This document shows positions 1 to 8,613 of a stretch of DNA of 37,317 bases, in pieces. The translations under genes and the position numbers were made by a program. The notes beneath the pieces are model-generated. The model was not told where the DNA came from. It ran no database searches and saw only the letters and a list, made by a program, of their open reading frames with translations. Numbering within the stretch: the stretch's first letter is position 1; each line of letters opens with the position of its first letter. This stretch comes from an uncultured delta proteobacterium (GTDB taxonomy: Bacteria > Desulfobacterota > Binatia > UBA9968): assembly GCA_963840855.1 (NCBI GenBank), contig CAWJBB010000057.1, positions 1-37,317 on the forward strand, given 5' to 3'.

Positions 1-90
1 TTCTTGCGCAAAGTGTTTACGCGTTGAGGGGCGGCTTTTTCGGGTGGCCATGCTGCCACGAAACGCCAGTGCTGGTTGTGACTTCGTCAT
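1..90 (-). CDS. 5' end of a gene running off the window edge (product unknown)
   Basis: The ATG at 90-88 overlaps the TGA of the upstream gene (ATGA coupling). The frame is open for all 30 codons to position 1 (MTKSQPALAFRGSMATRKSR...). Confidence 0.4.
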   Translation of the reverse strand, partial: MTKSQPALAFRGSMATRKSRPSTRKHFAQE

Positions 91-1022
91 TGTTTTCCGC
101 GCGGACGGAACAATTCGACGAGCTTTCGTCGAACCATCTCCTCCCCCCCTGGAAGGAGGTCGAACTTTGTCGTGTTATCGATCCGCTGTAATATCTTTCG
201 ACCTTCGTCGTCTCGATCCATTGACTGCAAGATCTCTTTGAGCCGATTTGTTACCGCCGGCGGCAAGTCCTTACGAACCGAAACGAGGTGGCGCGGAAAG
301 GACTCCGTTTCTGCCATGACGGCCACGCCCGCTCTTGTCTTCTCGTCAAGAGTGGCGTGGTCGTCACTGCTCACGGCTCCCGCCGCCACCCATTTTGAAA
401 GGACCAAACCGACGACGTTGCGATCGGTGGAGCCGAAGATATAGCCAATTTCGCCGGGAGATACCTTCGCTTCGAGGCCGGATTTCTCCGTGAGTCTGTA
501 TCCCTTCTTTAGAAGCAAGACCTTTGGCAGAAAATAGCCTGACGTCGATCCTGGATCCTCGAAGGCGATCATCTTGCCGCGCAGATCTTCAAGACGAGAA
601 ACGCCGCTATCCGTTTTGGTAAAAATTAGGCTTCGATACTCGGCCAAGCCTCCCTTCCAACGGCGGAGGATCAAAACGGCGACACCTTGTTTGTTGATAA
701 GGTAAGTGGGATAAGGGCTCTCCATATAGAAATCGACCGTTTTCTCTTCAAGTAACTTTGCCAACTGTAAGGGTCGAGGAGCTATAACTACTCTTCCTTC
801 AAATTCGGTCGCGGACGAGAGCTTTCGCGCCACATAACGCGCGAATTCTCGAAAATGCTCTTCAATTTCCTTCTGAGATATTTCGGAGACAAGCCCTAAA
901 GAGATCGCCGCGCGCTTGACTGCGCCCGCCGTTTGCGCGGCCTTCGGAGCGCCGGGCGTCAGGACAAGAAAGAGCGCGGCGATCCCGAAAATGAGCAAGC
1001 TATGATGCCTCTGTCGGTTCAT
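87..1022 (-). CDS. PhnD/phosphate-phosphonate-type ABC substrate-binding protein
   Basis: Signal peptide, plus YRSLIF, LEDLRGKMIAFEDPGSTSGYFLP and FPRHLVSVRKDL motifs typical of the Phosphonate-bd family. Confidence 0.85.
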   Translation of the reverse strand: MNRQRHHSLLIFGIAALFLVLTPGAPKAAQTAGAVKRAAISLGLVSEISQKEIEEHFREFARYVARKLSSATEFEGRVVIAPRPLQLAKLLEEKTVDFYMESPYPTYLINKQGVAVLILRRWKGGLAEYRSLIFTKTDSGVSRLEDLRGKMIAFEDPGSTSGYFLPKVLLLKKGYRLTEKSGLEAKVSPGEIGYIFGSTDRNVVGLVLSKWVAAGAVSSDDHATLDEKTRAGVAVMAETESFPRHLVSVRKDLPPAVTNRLKEILQSMDRDDEGRKILQRIDNTTKFDLLPGGEEMVRRKLVELFRPRGKQ

Positions 1023-1146
1023 AATAATAAACTAATTTTGGCCAAGTCTTTCGCGCTGAAAGGAACCGGACGCCCTGTCCGTGCAAACCACGGCTACATA
1101 TAATATAAGCGCGACAGCACTCGCAAGAATAAAAACTCAAGCGCTT

Positions 1147-1698
1147 TCAGCGCGACGGACGCGGGCTCGCTTTGGCGCGATGCTTTGCGATCGCGCGTTC
1201 GAGGTCCGAGAGCTCCTCGCACGGCAAAAGACAGATCTCGCGGAGCGCCGCCAGGTGCTTCTCCGCGCTCTTAAGATCGCCAGTGATAAGATAGGCCTCG
1301 CCGATATATTCGTGCGCGCCGCGATGGCGCGGATTGAGCGCCAGCGCGCGCTTGTAATGTTTGAAGGCTGGTTCGAACTGCCGGAGGTGGCGGTAGGAAT
1401 ACCCGAGGTAGTTGTGCAGGTCGGCATTGTCCGGATCGCGCAGCACTGCCTTACTGAAGCGCCGCGCAGCTTCCTTCCAATCTTTGCGTTCGAGCGCCTG
1501 CTTGGCCGCCGCATAGTCCGGGTCGAGAGCCACAGCTTCGGGATTGGTCACTTCCGGATCTGCGAGACAGGGCAAGTCCATGCCAATGATGAAGCCTGCT
1601 ATCACGATCACGAACGCAAACCCATTCGTCCACCGCCGCAAGACCGGCGTGATCCGCTCACAGGGGAGAATGCACATGTCGCGGATGCGCCTCATCAT
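1147..1698 (-). CDS. Exported tetratricopeptide repeat protein
   Basis: TPRs (DPDNADLHNYLGYSYR, NPRHRGAHEYIGEAYL), an N-terminal hydrophobic segment and a C-terminal CLLPC. The start overlaps the upstream stop (ATGA); the true start may be later. Confidence 0.8.
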   Translation of the reverse strand: MMRRIRDMCILPCERITPVLRRWTNGFAFVIVIAGFIIGMDLPCLADPEVTNPEAVALDPDYAAAKQALERKDWKEAARRFSKAVLRDPDNADLHNYLGYSYRHLRQFEPAFKHYKRALALNPRHRGAHEYIGEAYLITGDLKSAEKHLAALREICLLPCEELSDLERAIAKHRAKASPRPSR

Positions 1699-3257
1699 TT
1701 CGCGAGGTATGCCTTTGCTTGTGCTAGTTCTGCCCGTTCGGTGTCGGCGTTTTTCGCCAACGCAATCAATTTAGCGTAATAATCGCCGGCCTTCTGCCGA
1801 TTGCCCGCAGCAGCGGCGGCGCGCGCGGCGCCCCATAAACCACGGTAGCGATTCGGGGTTTCCTTGAGCGAAGCCTCGTATTCGTGCAATGCTGAATCTG
1901 CTTGCCCTATCTCAAGCAACAGGTCACCGAGCAGCTCGCGCATCGGATAAAGCCGATTCTCCATCGCGACATGCTTGACGCTGGCGTCTTCGCGATCAGC
2001 AGCGGCGCGCATGAGCTTCACTGCTTGATCGCGTGTTCCTTCCGCGTGGGCCACCCACGCAGAGACTGCATAAATCTGCTCTTCCGTGCGCGCCGCCCAG
2101 TACGAGTCGTTGGCTTTCTCCAACGCCCGCTGAAGCGCCTGCATCGCTTCGATCTCGCGTTTGGCGCCCGCGGCATCGCCGCTGCGCGCCATGCCGAGCC
2201 CGCGCGCGAAGCGGGTCAGAGAATCCGCCGCCGGAAACTGCGTCGAAGTCACGGGTAGCGCCGCGGCGCCTTTCCAATCGGCGCGCTCAAGAGCGTAGCG
2301 CGCCGGCATGGCCGCAGTGGCCGTGAAGTTCACAATGGTAACAACGCGCGTGCCGGTGTCGGCCGTTTTCAATGCCTTCTCCATCATCGCCTTGGCTTTG
2401 GCGTCCTGCGCGAGCTGCAGGTGGGCATACACCGTGAAGTCGGACGCATGATAATAGTCCGGCTGGATTTCCAGGGCCGAATGGTTCGACGCGATGGAAT
2501 CGTCCCAGAGCCCTACCATCGAGTAAATATGCGAAGGCATGTGGCGGGCGTGAGATGCAGCCGGGGCGATGCCGGCATAGCGCCGCGCCGCCGCCAATCC
2601 TTTGTCGGCCAGCGGCGGGTAGTCATAGGCGTGGATCAGAAAGTGCGCCACCCCAGGGTGCTGCGGGTCCTGTTTGAGCAGCTTTTCCAATATTGCTGCT
2701 GATTTGAGCTGATTGGCGTAGGTCTTGTCGTTCTTCGATGCGGAAGCCTGGAGGGTCAGCGCGTAAAAAACCCATGTCTCGTAATCATCGGGGTAGCGCT
2801 GTGTCATTCGCTCCATCGCCTTGGTATACGCGAGCATGCGCGCATCAAGCGGCGCCTTGTCGTGATCGCGGTAATAGGCGCTCAACGACTCAATCCAATC
2901 GCGTTCACGCTCCGTTTTCGCCCCGATGGCGCGCGCCTTCTCCAGGGCTTCCCACGCCTGCTGCGCCGTTTTCACTGGCGGCGGTCCGACGAGAGAGTTG
3001 CCAAGCAGATCGAGCGCGATTCCCCAATACGCTATCGCGCAGCTTGGGTCTTGCTGCAGCACTGACTCGAACGTCTTACGCGCTTGAATAAACCAGTACG
3101 AATGGAGCATCGCCAATCCGCGCTCGAACTGGTCCTGAACTTTAGGATCGCAAGAGGTGGAAAAAGTCACTTTGCCGAGCTTCTCTTGCTGCGCCAATGT
3201 TGGTAGCGCCATGACGATGGCGAACATAAGAACAAACCATGTGAGCTTGGTTTTCAT
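1695..3257 (-). CDS. Exported His-motif-rich TPR-like conserved hypothetical protein
   Basis: Start moved to ATG 3257 (MKTKL...), with GGAGG at 3267-3263. Signal peptide, LGKVTFSTSC...FERGLAMLHSYW N-terminus, HPGVAHFLIHAYD and HARHMPSHIY motifs, helical repeats. Confidence 0.8.
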   Translation of the reverse strand: MKTKLTWFVLMFAIVMALPTLAQQEKLGKVTFSTSCDPKVQDQFERGLAMLHSYWFIQARKTFESVLQQDPSCAIAYWGIALDLLGNSLVGPPPVKTAQQAWEALEKARAIGAKTERERDWIESLSAYYRDHDKAPLDARMLAYTKAMERMTQRYPDDYETWVFYALTLQASASKNDKTYANQLKSAAILEKLLKQDPQHPGVAHFLIHAYDYPPLADKGLAAARRYAGIAPAASHARHMPSHIYSMVGLWDDSIASNHSALEIQPDYYHASDFTVYAHLQLAQDAKAKAMMEKALKTADTGTRVVTIVNFTATAAMPARYALERADWKGAAALPVTSTQFPAADSLTRFARGLGMARSGDAAGAKREIEAMQALQRALEKANDSYWAARTEEQIYAVSAWVAHAEGTRDQAVKLMRAAADREDASVKHVAMENRLYPMRELLGDLLLEIGQADSALHEYEASLKETPNRYRGLWGAARAAAAAGNRQKAGDYYAKLIALAKNADTERAELAQAKAYLAK

Positions 3258-3374
3258 ATGCACCTCCGAATTGCGCGTTTTACCGAGGTACGGGTAGCGA
3301 GACACAGTCCGGTCGCTGATGCGGTAGTCGAGATGCGACCGGATCTAGAAATCCAGCCGAAGTGAAATACCGAT

Positions 3375-3404
3375 AAGCTAGGCCGAATCGCTAAAATGTG
3401 TCAA
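3375..3404 (-). promoter_or_regulatory. Putative sigma70 promoter for the TPR operon
   Basis: TTGACA (3404-3399), 18-bp spacer, TAGCTT (3380-3375) on the minus strand. Confidence 0.5.
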
Positions 3405-3471
3405 GGCAAAAAAGTACACTTCCCGGGACTCGCTTCCGGTGTGTTGCGGAGTATCCGATTCATGAGTTAAC

Positions 3472-3480
3472 TGCTATGCT
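3472..3480 (+). promoter_or_regulatory. Putative extended -10 element for the Bug/TctC gene
   Basis: TGcTATGCT about 80 bp upstream of the start codon. Confidence 0.35.
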
Positions 3481-3558
3481 CAGCAGCGCCGAAGAAGCGT
3501 CTTGGTTCACAAAACTATAAGGTCGCTTTTCGATACCGCAACAGTGGAGGAATTTGTG

Positions 3559-4650
3559 ATGGACACGAAAGTTAGGGGCGGCGCGCTCTGTAGGGCAACG
3601 GCTACAGCGATTCAAGGCTCGATCGCCTTATGGGTTTGTCTTTTGCTGCCGACCGGGATTGATCGCGCCTATGGGCAAAGCAACTTTTATCAGGGCAAGA
3701 CCATGACTTACATCGTGGGCCTGCTAGCGGGAGATTCCAATGACCTCTGGTCGCGCGCTGTCACCCGCAACATGGTGAAGCATATCCCCGGACATCCGAA
3801 CGTAGTCGTGCAGAACATGCCCGGGGCAGGCGGTTTGACCGCGGCGAATTATATATACGGGGTGGCGAAACCGGACGGGCTCACGTTCGGCAGCGTTTCG
3901 GCGGGCCACTACTTTCACCAGATCGCGGGCCGCAAGGAGGCACAGTTCGACTGGCGAAAATTCACCTGGATAGGCTCCTCCTCGCCCCATGAATATCTGT
4001 TTGTCATGCGCGCCGACGCGCCGTACAAGTCCATCGATGACATTCGCGCGGCCAGCCAACCCCCTAAGTGTTCGTCTACGGCTCCGGGGTCGGCCAGTTA
4101 CATGACAATAAAGATGCTCGAGGAAGGGCTGGGGCTGAAGATCAATATCGTCACGGGTTACAGGGGTGGAGGGGAGCAAGACCTCGCTATCGAACGAGGG
4201 GAAGTCCAATGCCGGCCCGTAACCACAGCCGCATATCTTGGACGCAGTCCGATGCCGGATTGGGTGAAAAAGGGATTTCTCCGCGTCCTCGTGCAAACGC
4301 CGCGCCGGCGCAATCCAAAACTGCCGGAGGTGCCCACGGTCCATGAGTACATGGATCGCTTTCGCGTGGCGGAAAAAAACCGGCGCGTGGCTCTGGTACT
4401 TCTAGGCACCGACAACTTCGGCAACTTTCCCTCCGCCGGCACCCCTGGCATCCCGGCCGATCGCGCCAAGATTTTGCGCGAAGCCTACGTCAAAGCGCTC
4501 AAAGAGCCGGATTTTCTGGAGGAGGCGAAAAAGCGCTCTTGGGACGTAGATCCCATCGGCGCCGATGAGTTGGAGCGGTTGGCGAAAGAGGTGATCGATC
4601 AGCCGGCGGATATAACCGAACGCATCAAGCAACTTTTCGCAGGCAACTAA
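3559..4650 (+). CDS. Bug/TctC-family tripartite tricarboxylate transporter substrate-binding protein
   Basis: FYQGKT, VVQNMPGAGGLTAANYIY..AKPDGLT and GYRGGGEQDLAIERGEV motifs. GGAGG at 3546-3550 supports a start at GTG 3556 or ATG 3559. Confidence 0.9.
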   Translation: MDTKVRGGALCRATATAIQGSIALWVCLLLPTGIDRAYGQSNFYQGKTMTYIVGLLAGDSNDLWSRAVTRNMVKHIPGHPNVVVQNMPGAGGLTAANYIYGVAKPDGLTFGSVSAGHYFHQIAGRKEAQFDWRKFTWIGSSSPHEYLFVMRADAPYKSIDDIRAASQPPKCSSTAPGSASYMTIKMLEEGLGLKINIVTGYRGGGEQDLAIERGEVQCRPVTTAAYLGRSPMPDWVKKGFLRVLVQTPRRRNPKLPEVPTVHEYMDRFRVAEKNRRVALVLLGTDNFGNFPSAGTPGIPADRAKILREAYVKALKEPDFLEEAKKRSWDVDPIGADELERLAKEVIDQPADITERIKQLFAGN

Positions 4651-4668
4651 TCTAGCAGGCGCAGCACA

Positions 4669-5646
4669 CTAACGGGGTGGAGCGGAAGCCCCCGGCGGCG
4701 GGGCGTTGAAACGATAGTTGGGGTCCGGGTCCACCTTCGGCGCGATAGTGTTGCGCAGCACGCCGATCCCTTCGACCTCGATCTCCACGACGTCGCCTGG
4801 TTCGAGATAACGGGCTGGAAATCCATTGCGCATCGCCTCGCCGATCGACCCGCCGGTAACCGTGCCCGCGCCAAGGACATCGCCAGGAACAATTCGGCTG
4901 TCCCGCGACGCGCGCTCGATCATTGCGCCCCAGGTGTGATACATGATGCCGGCGTTGTTGTCCATCCACTGCACGCCGTTCACTTTCAATGTGCAGCGCA
5001 GGTGCAGGCGGCCGTCGCGAAGAAAGGATGCCAGTTCATCGGTCGTCACGATCCAGGGGCCTAGCGAGCTCGCCGAGTCTTTCCCTTTGGCGGGCCCAAG
5101 ACGCGCCACCATCTCGTCGCGCTGAAGGTCGCGGCAGCTCCAATCATTAAAGATGGTAAAGCCGGCAATGCAGGAGAAAGCGTCCGCCTCGGCGACGTTG
5201 CTGGCTTCCCGGCCGATGACCGTAGCCAGCTCCAGCTCGTAATCGAGCTGATTCGATGCCGATGGGTAGGGCACAGCGTCCTCCGGGCCGAAAATGCGTA
5301 GCGGGTTGGAGAAGTAAAAAATCGGCAGCCGATACCAGGCGTCGGAGAGTTGCCGCGTGCCTCCTGCGCTGGCGTGCCCTTCGTAGACCATGAAGTCGCG
5401 TACCGTTGGCGGCTGCAAGACCGGCGCCCGCAGGCGAACACTGCCCAGTGCTACACCCTGCGAGGCGCGCGCTGAACCCAGGGCTGACTTCAGGCGCGTC
5501 AGTGGATCGCTTGGCAGTTCCAGCAGGGCGCGGACGTCGCGCAGTCCAACCTGCTCGCCAAGCAAATTTGCAGCATCTAGTACACGCTCGTCAACGACAA
5601 CGCCGGCGCGCGGTCCGTTCCCAGAGTCGTAACAAACCAGCTTCAT
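4669..5646 (-). CDS. Fumarylacetoacetate hydrolase family protein
   Basis: LDYELEL, FTIFNDWSCRDLQ, AKGKDSASSLGPWIVT and LEPGDVVEIEVEGIGVLRN motifs. Confidence 0.92.
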   Translation of the reverse strand: MKLVCYDSGNGPRAGVVVDERVLDAANLLGEQVGLRDVRALLELPSDPLTRLKSALGSARASQGVALGSVRLRAPVLQPPTVRDFMVYEGHASAGGTRQLSDAWYRLPIFYFSNPLRIFGPEDAVPYPSASNQLDYELELATVIGREASNVAEADAFSCIAGFTIFNDWSCRDLQRDEMVARLGPAKGKDSASSLGPWIVTTDELASFLRDGRLHLRCTLKVNGVQWMDNNAGIMYHTWGAMIERASRDSRIVPGDVLGAGTVTGGSIGEAMRNGFPARYLEPGDVVEIEVEGIGVLRNTIAPKVDPDPNYRFNAPPPGASAPPR

Positions 5647-5675
5647 GTTTCAGGTAAAGTAGGGCAGATTTACAG
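5608..5675 (+). repeat. Direct repeat copy 1 (FAH 5' end plus upstream sequence)
   Basis: CATGTTTCaggTAAAGTAGGGCAGATTTAcAG (5644-5675) matches 7239-7270 at 28/32. Similarity continues over the first ~13 FAH codons. Confidence 0.85.
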
Positions 5676-5891
5676 CAAAGGCAACGGTGGCGGTTCTTTG
5701 ACGACAGAATGGCAAAATCACGCGTGACTCGAACTGTCTTCCTCGTGAGAAATTGACGATGCCGCGAAGAAAGTCCAGTCGCGGAAGTCTCACCAAAACC
5801 CCGAGTCGATTCTGTTCGTGTATCATGACATCGGAGCCGAGGACATGGTGCCACAGATCTGATAATAATCAGGGTCAAGGAGGGAAAAACA

Positions 5892-6369
5892 ATGGCAGTT
5901 CAGGTACGACGAGTTATCACCGGACATGACGCAAACGGGCGCGCGGTCGTCAAGATCGACGAAGTCTCCAAGAACATCACCTCGAGCCGGCCGGGAGCGA
6001 CGGCGTGCGTGGTCTGGACCACGGAGTCTTTCCCCGTAAACAACACAGGTGACGCCGACGAAGGACTGAGGAAGGTCGGCACGACATTGAAGCAGTGGAA
6101 CCGTCTTTCGCGTTATTGAGTTCGCGCCCGGCGTCGCGCCGCGGAACCACAGGACCGATTCAATCGATTATGCCGTCGTCGTGTCGGGCGAGATCGATAT
6201 GGAGCTCGAGGACTCGGTCGTCCATCTGAAGGCGGGCGACGTGCTCGTGCAGCGCGGCACGATCCACAATTGGGTCAACCGCGGCACCACGCCTTGCGTG
6301 ATGGCTTTCGTCCTCATCGACGCCAAGCCGGTCGAGGTCGACGGCAAAGTCCTCAATGCCGTAGGATAG
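5892..6369 (+). CDS. Cupin domain protein, interrupted by one +1 frameshift near 6093
   Basis: RRVITGHDANGRAVV N-terminus joins GTVFRVIEFAPG..NHRTDSIDYAVVVSGEIDM..GDVLVQRGTIHNW in the next frame. Removing one base gives a 158-aa protein. RBS GGAGG upstream. Confidence 0.8.
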
Positions 6370-6396
6370 CTTGGCCAATACAAAGGACAGACCGCC

Positions 6397-7197
6397 ATGC
6401 GTCTAGGAGGTAAGACTGCCATCGTCATCGGCGCCGGGCAGGGCCCCGGCGAAGGGATGGGCAACGGCCGCGCCACCGTGCTGCGATTCGCTGAAGAGGG
6501 TGCGAAGGTCATGGCTGTCGACCGTGACATCGCCTCCGCCGAGGAGACGGTGGCGATGGTCAAGCAACGGGGCGGCCAGTGCGTCGCCTTCGAGGCTGAT
6601 GTCACTAAGGAAGCGACGCTCGGCGCCGCCGTAGCGGCGGCGCACAAGAGCTGGGGCCGCATCGACATTCTGCATTACAATGTCGGGGTCAGCATCGCCG
6701 GCGGCGATGCGCGGCTGCTCGACTTCACCGAGGATGCTTTTGACCGCATCAGCGCCATCAACCTGCGCGGCGCCATTATGGCCTGCAAGCACGTCATCCC
6801 CATCATGCGACAGCAGCGCGCCGGCGCCATCATCATGATCTCTTCGCTTGCCGCCTTGGAGAACTACCCCTTTGTCGCCTACAAGGCGACCAAGGCGGCA
6901 ATGATCGCCTTTACCCAGCAGGTGGCGATCCAGAACGCCGAGTACGGCATTCGCGCCAATGTGATTCTGCCCGGTCTGATGGACACGCCGATGGCGGTCG
7001 ACACGCGCGCCCGGGCGAGCGGCAAGAGCCGCGCCCAGGTCGCGGCAGAGCGCGACGCCCGCGTGCCGCTGCGGCGCAAGATGGGCACCGCGTGGGACGT
7101 GGCCAATGCGGCACTGTTCCTCGCCTCCGACGAGGCCAATTTCATCACCGGCGTGGCGCTCCTCGTCGACGGCGGTGGCGCGCTCAATATCGGCTGA
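6397..7197 (+). CDS. SDR family NAD(P)-dependent oxidoreductase
   Basis: Gly-rich GAGQGPGEGMGNG, YKATK (YxxxK), IRANVILPG and ANFITG motifs. Confidence 0.93.
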   Translation: MRLGGKTAIVIGAGQGPGEGMGNGRATVLRFAEEGAKVMAVDRDIASAEETVAMVKQRGGQCVAFEADVTKEATLGAAVAAAHKSWGRIDILHYNVGVSIAGGDARLLDFTEDAFDRISAINLRGAIMACKHVIPIMRQQRAGAIIMISSLAALENYPFVAYKATKAAMIAFTQQVAIQNAEYGIRANVILPGLMDTPMAVDTRARASGKSRAQVAAERDARVPLRRKMGTAWDVANAALFLASDEANFITGVALLVDGGGALNIG

Positions 7198-7202
7198 GCC
7201 CG

Positions 7203-7270
7203 GCGCCAACCGGTCACCGAGCCGTAACGAACCAGTTCCATGTTTCGCCTAAAGTAGGGCAGATTTATAG
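7203..7270 (+). repeat. Direct repeat copy 2: remnant FAH 5' end
   Basis: The minus strand from ATG 7241 reads MELVRYGSVTGWR, against FAH MKLVCYDSGNGPR. Offset from copy 1 is 1595 bp. Confidence 0.85.
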
Positions 7271-7276
7271 TATCGG

Positions 7277-8270
7277 TTATCTTCCCCACAGTGAGACGAA
7301 AAAACCTTCCTTGATTAGTTCCTCAACCAGGCTATTGTCGTAGAACTGCTCGGCTTTGGCCAGCTTGGCCTTGGGATTTTTTTTGCCGGACTCGTCCAAA
7401 GTCACCTGAAAGGCTTCGCGCTTGACCAGGGGAACTTTTTCAACGAAGTCATAGGCGTACTGCATGGTGCCTTCGAGCATGGCTGGATCGGTGACCTTGG
7501 TGTAACGGGAGAGAATCGCCTTCGACTCCTCCTTGCGGTTATGCATAAAATGAACTGCCCTGCCGTAAGCGCGCACGAAAGCTTTAGCCTGAGCCCTGCG
7601 CTCGCGCACGAATTTACCCGTTGTCGTGAGGCCCTGATGCACGAAGGGAATCTCCTCTTTGGCTAGATTGGCCAGCATCTTCATGCCGGCTTGTTGGGCC
7701 ACCAAGCCCCATGGGATAGGACATCGCCGCGGCATAGATGGACCTTTTTGAGAGGGCCGCGGCCAACTCCGGCACTCCGCCGATCTGAATGATCGGGACG
7801 TCTCGGACCGGCTCGAGGCCATATTTTTTGAGAAACATTTGCATCGCAAAGTCGGTAGTGGCGCCAAAGCGTGTAACCCCCACAGGCTTGCCTCTCAGGT
7901 CTTGAACGCTCTTGATCTCCGGCGCTGCTATAACATAAAGGGCGACGAAATTGACGATCGCCCCCACCGCCACGAGATCGCCGCCCTGAAGGCCGGTGTC
8001 TACCACGGCTTGGCTGTTAGCGGTGGAAATCGCGACTTCCCCGGCCATCATCGCTTGCGCCATAGTCGATGAGGCGGCGATATAAATGAGATTGGAATCC
8101 AGCCCTTCCTGCTTCAAGTAGCCGGCGTCCTTCATAATCCAGAAGGGGGCCTGAATCGCGGTCACCCCCGAATAGCCGACGACCAGCTTCTGCGCGGAAA
8201 CGACGGCAGGGAGACCAAAGAGCAGAACAAAACCGAGGACGATTATCTTCCAACCGATCAGTCCTGTCAT
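7277..8270 (-). CDS. SsuA/NMT1-type ABC substrate-binding protein, one +1 frameshift in the C4 run at 7707-7710
   Basis: IKSVQDLRGKPVGVTRFGATTDF in the N-part. ...SYPM joins GLVAQQAGMKML...FYDNSLVEELIKEGF when one G is removed (330 aa). RBS AAGGAGG. Confidence 0.85.
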
Positions 8271-8613
8271 AACTCCCTCCTTGCAAGTGAATCAAAAATC
8301 TGAGCCTTGGTCGCGCTTTTTTAAGAACCCGGCTGCGTAAAAAGAGAATCCGTATACCGACACTGTGAAGTTCGGAGACGTAACAGAATCAGGAGACCCA
8401 AATTAAGTGGGTGCGTCAAGACAAGGCCGAAAATAGGACAGGTTCATCACCTGCGTCAAGGGAACGAGGCGAGGCGGAAGCAGGAATTCATACTTGCCTA
8501 TCCCGTCCTTCAGACCGATCACCTTGACCGGCACGAAGCTCGCGTACTACAAGACGGAATACGGCGAAATACTTCCCGCGCCGTGGCAAAATCGAGGAGT
8601 GAAGGAGAACCCC

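Noticed and set aside
6168-7289. Minus-strand ORFs 6403-7209, 6168-6668 and 6879-7289
   Set aside because: They are antisense shadows of the SDR and cupin. Only the first ~13 codons from ATG 7241 are meaningful, as the FAH remnant.
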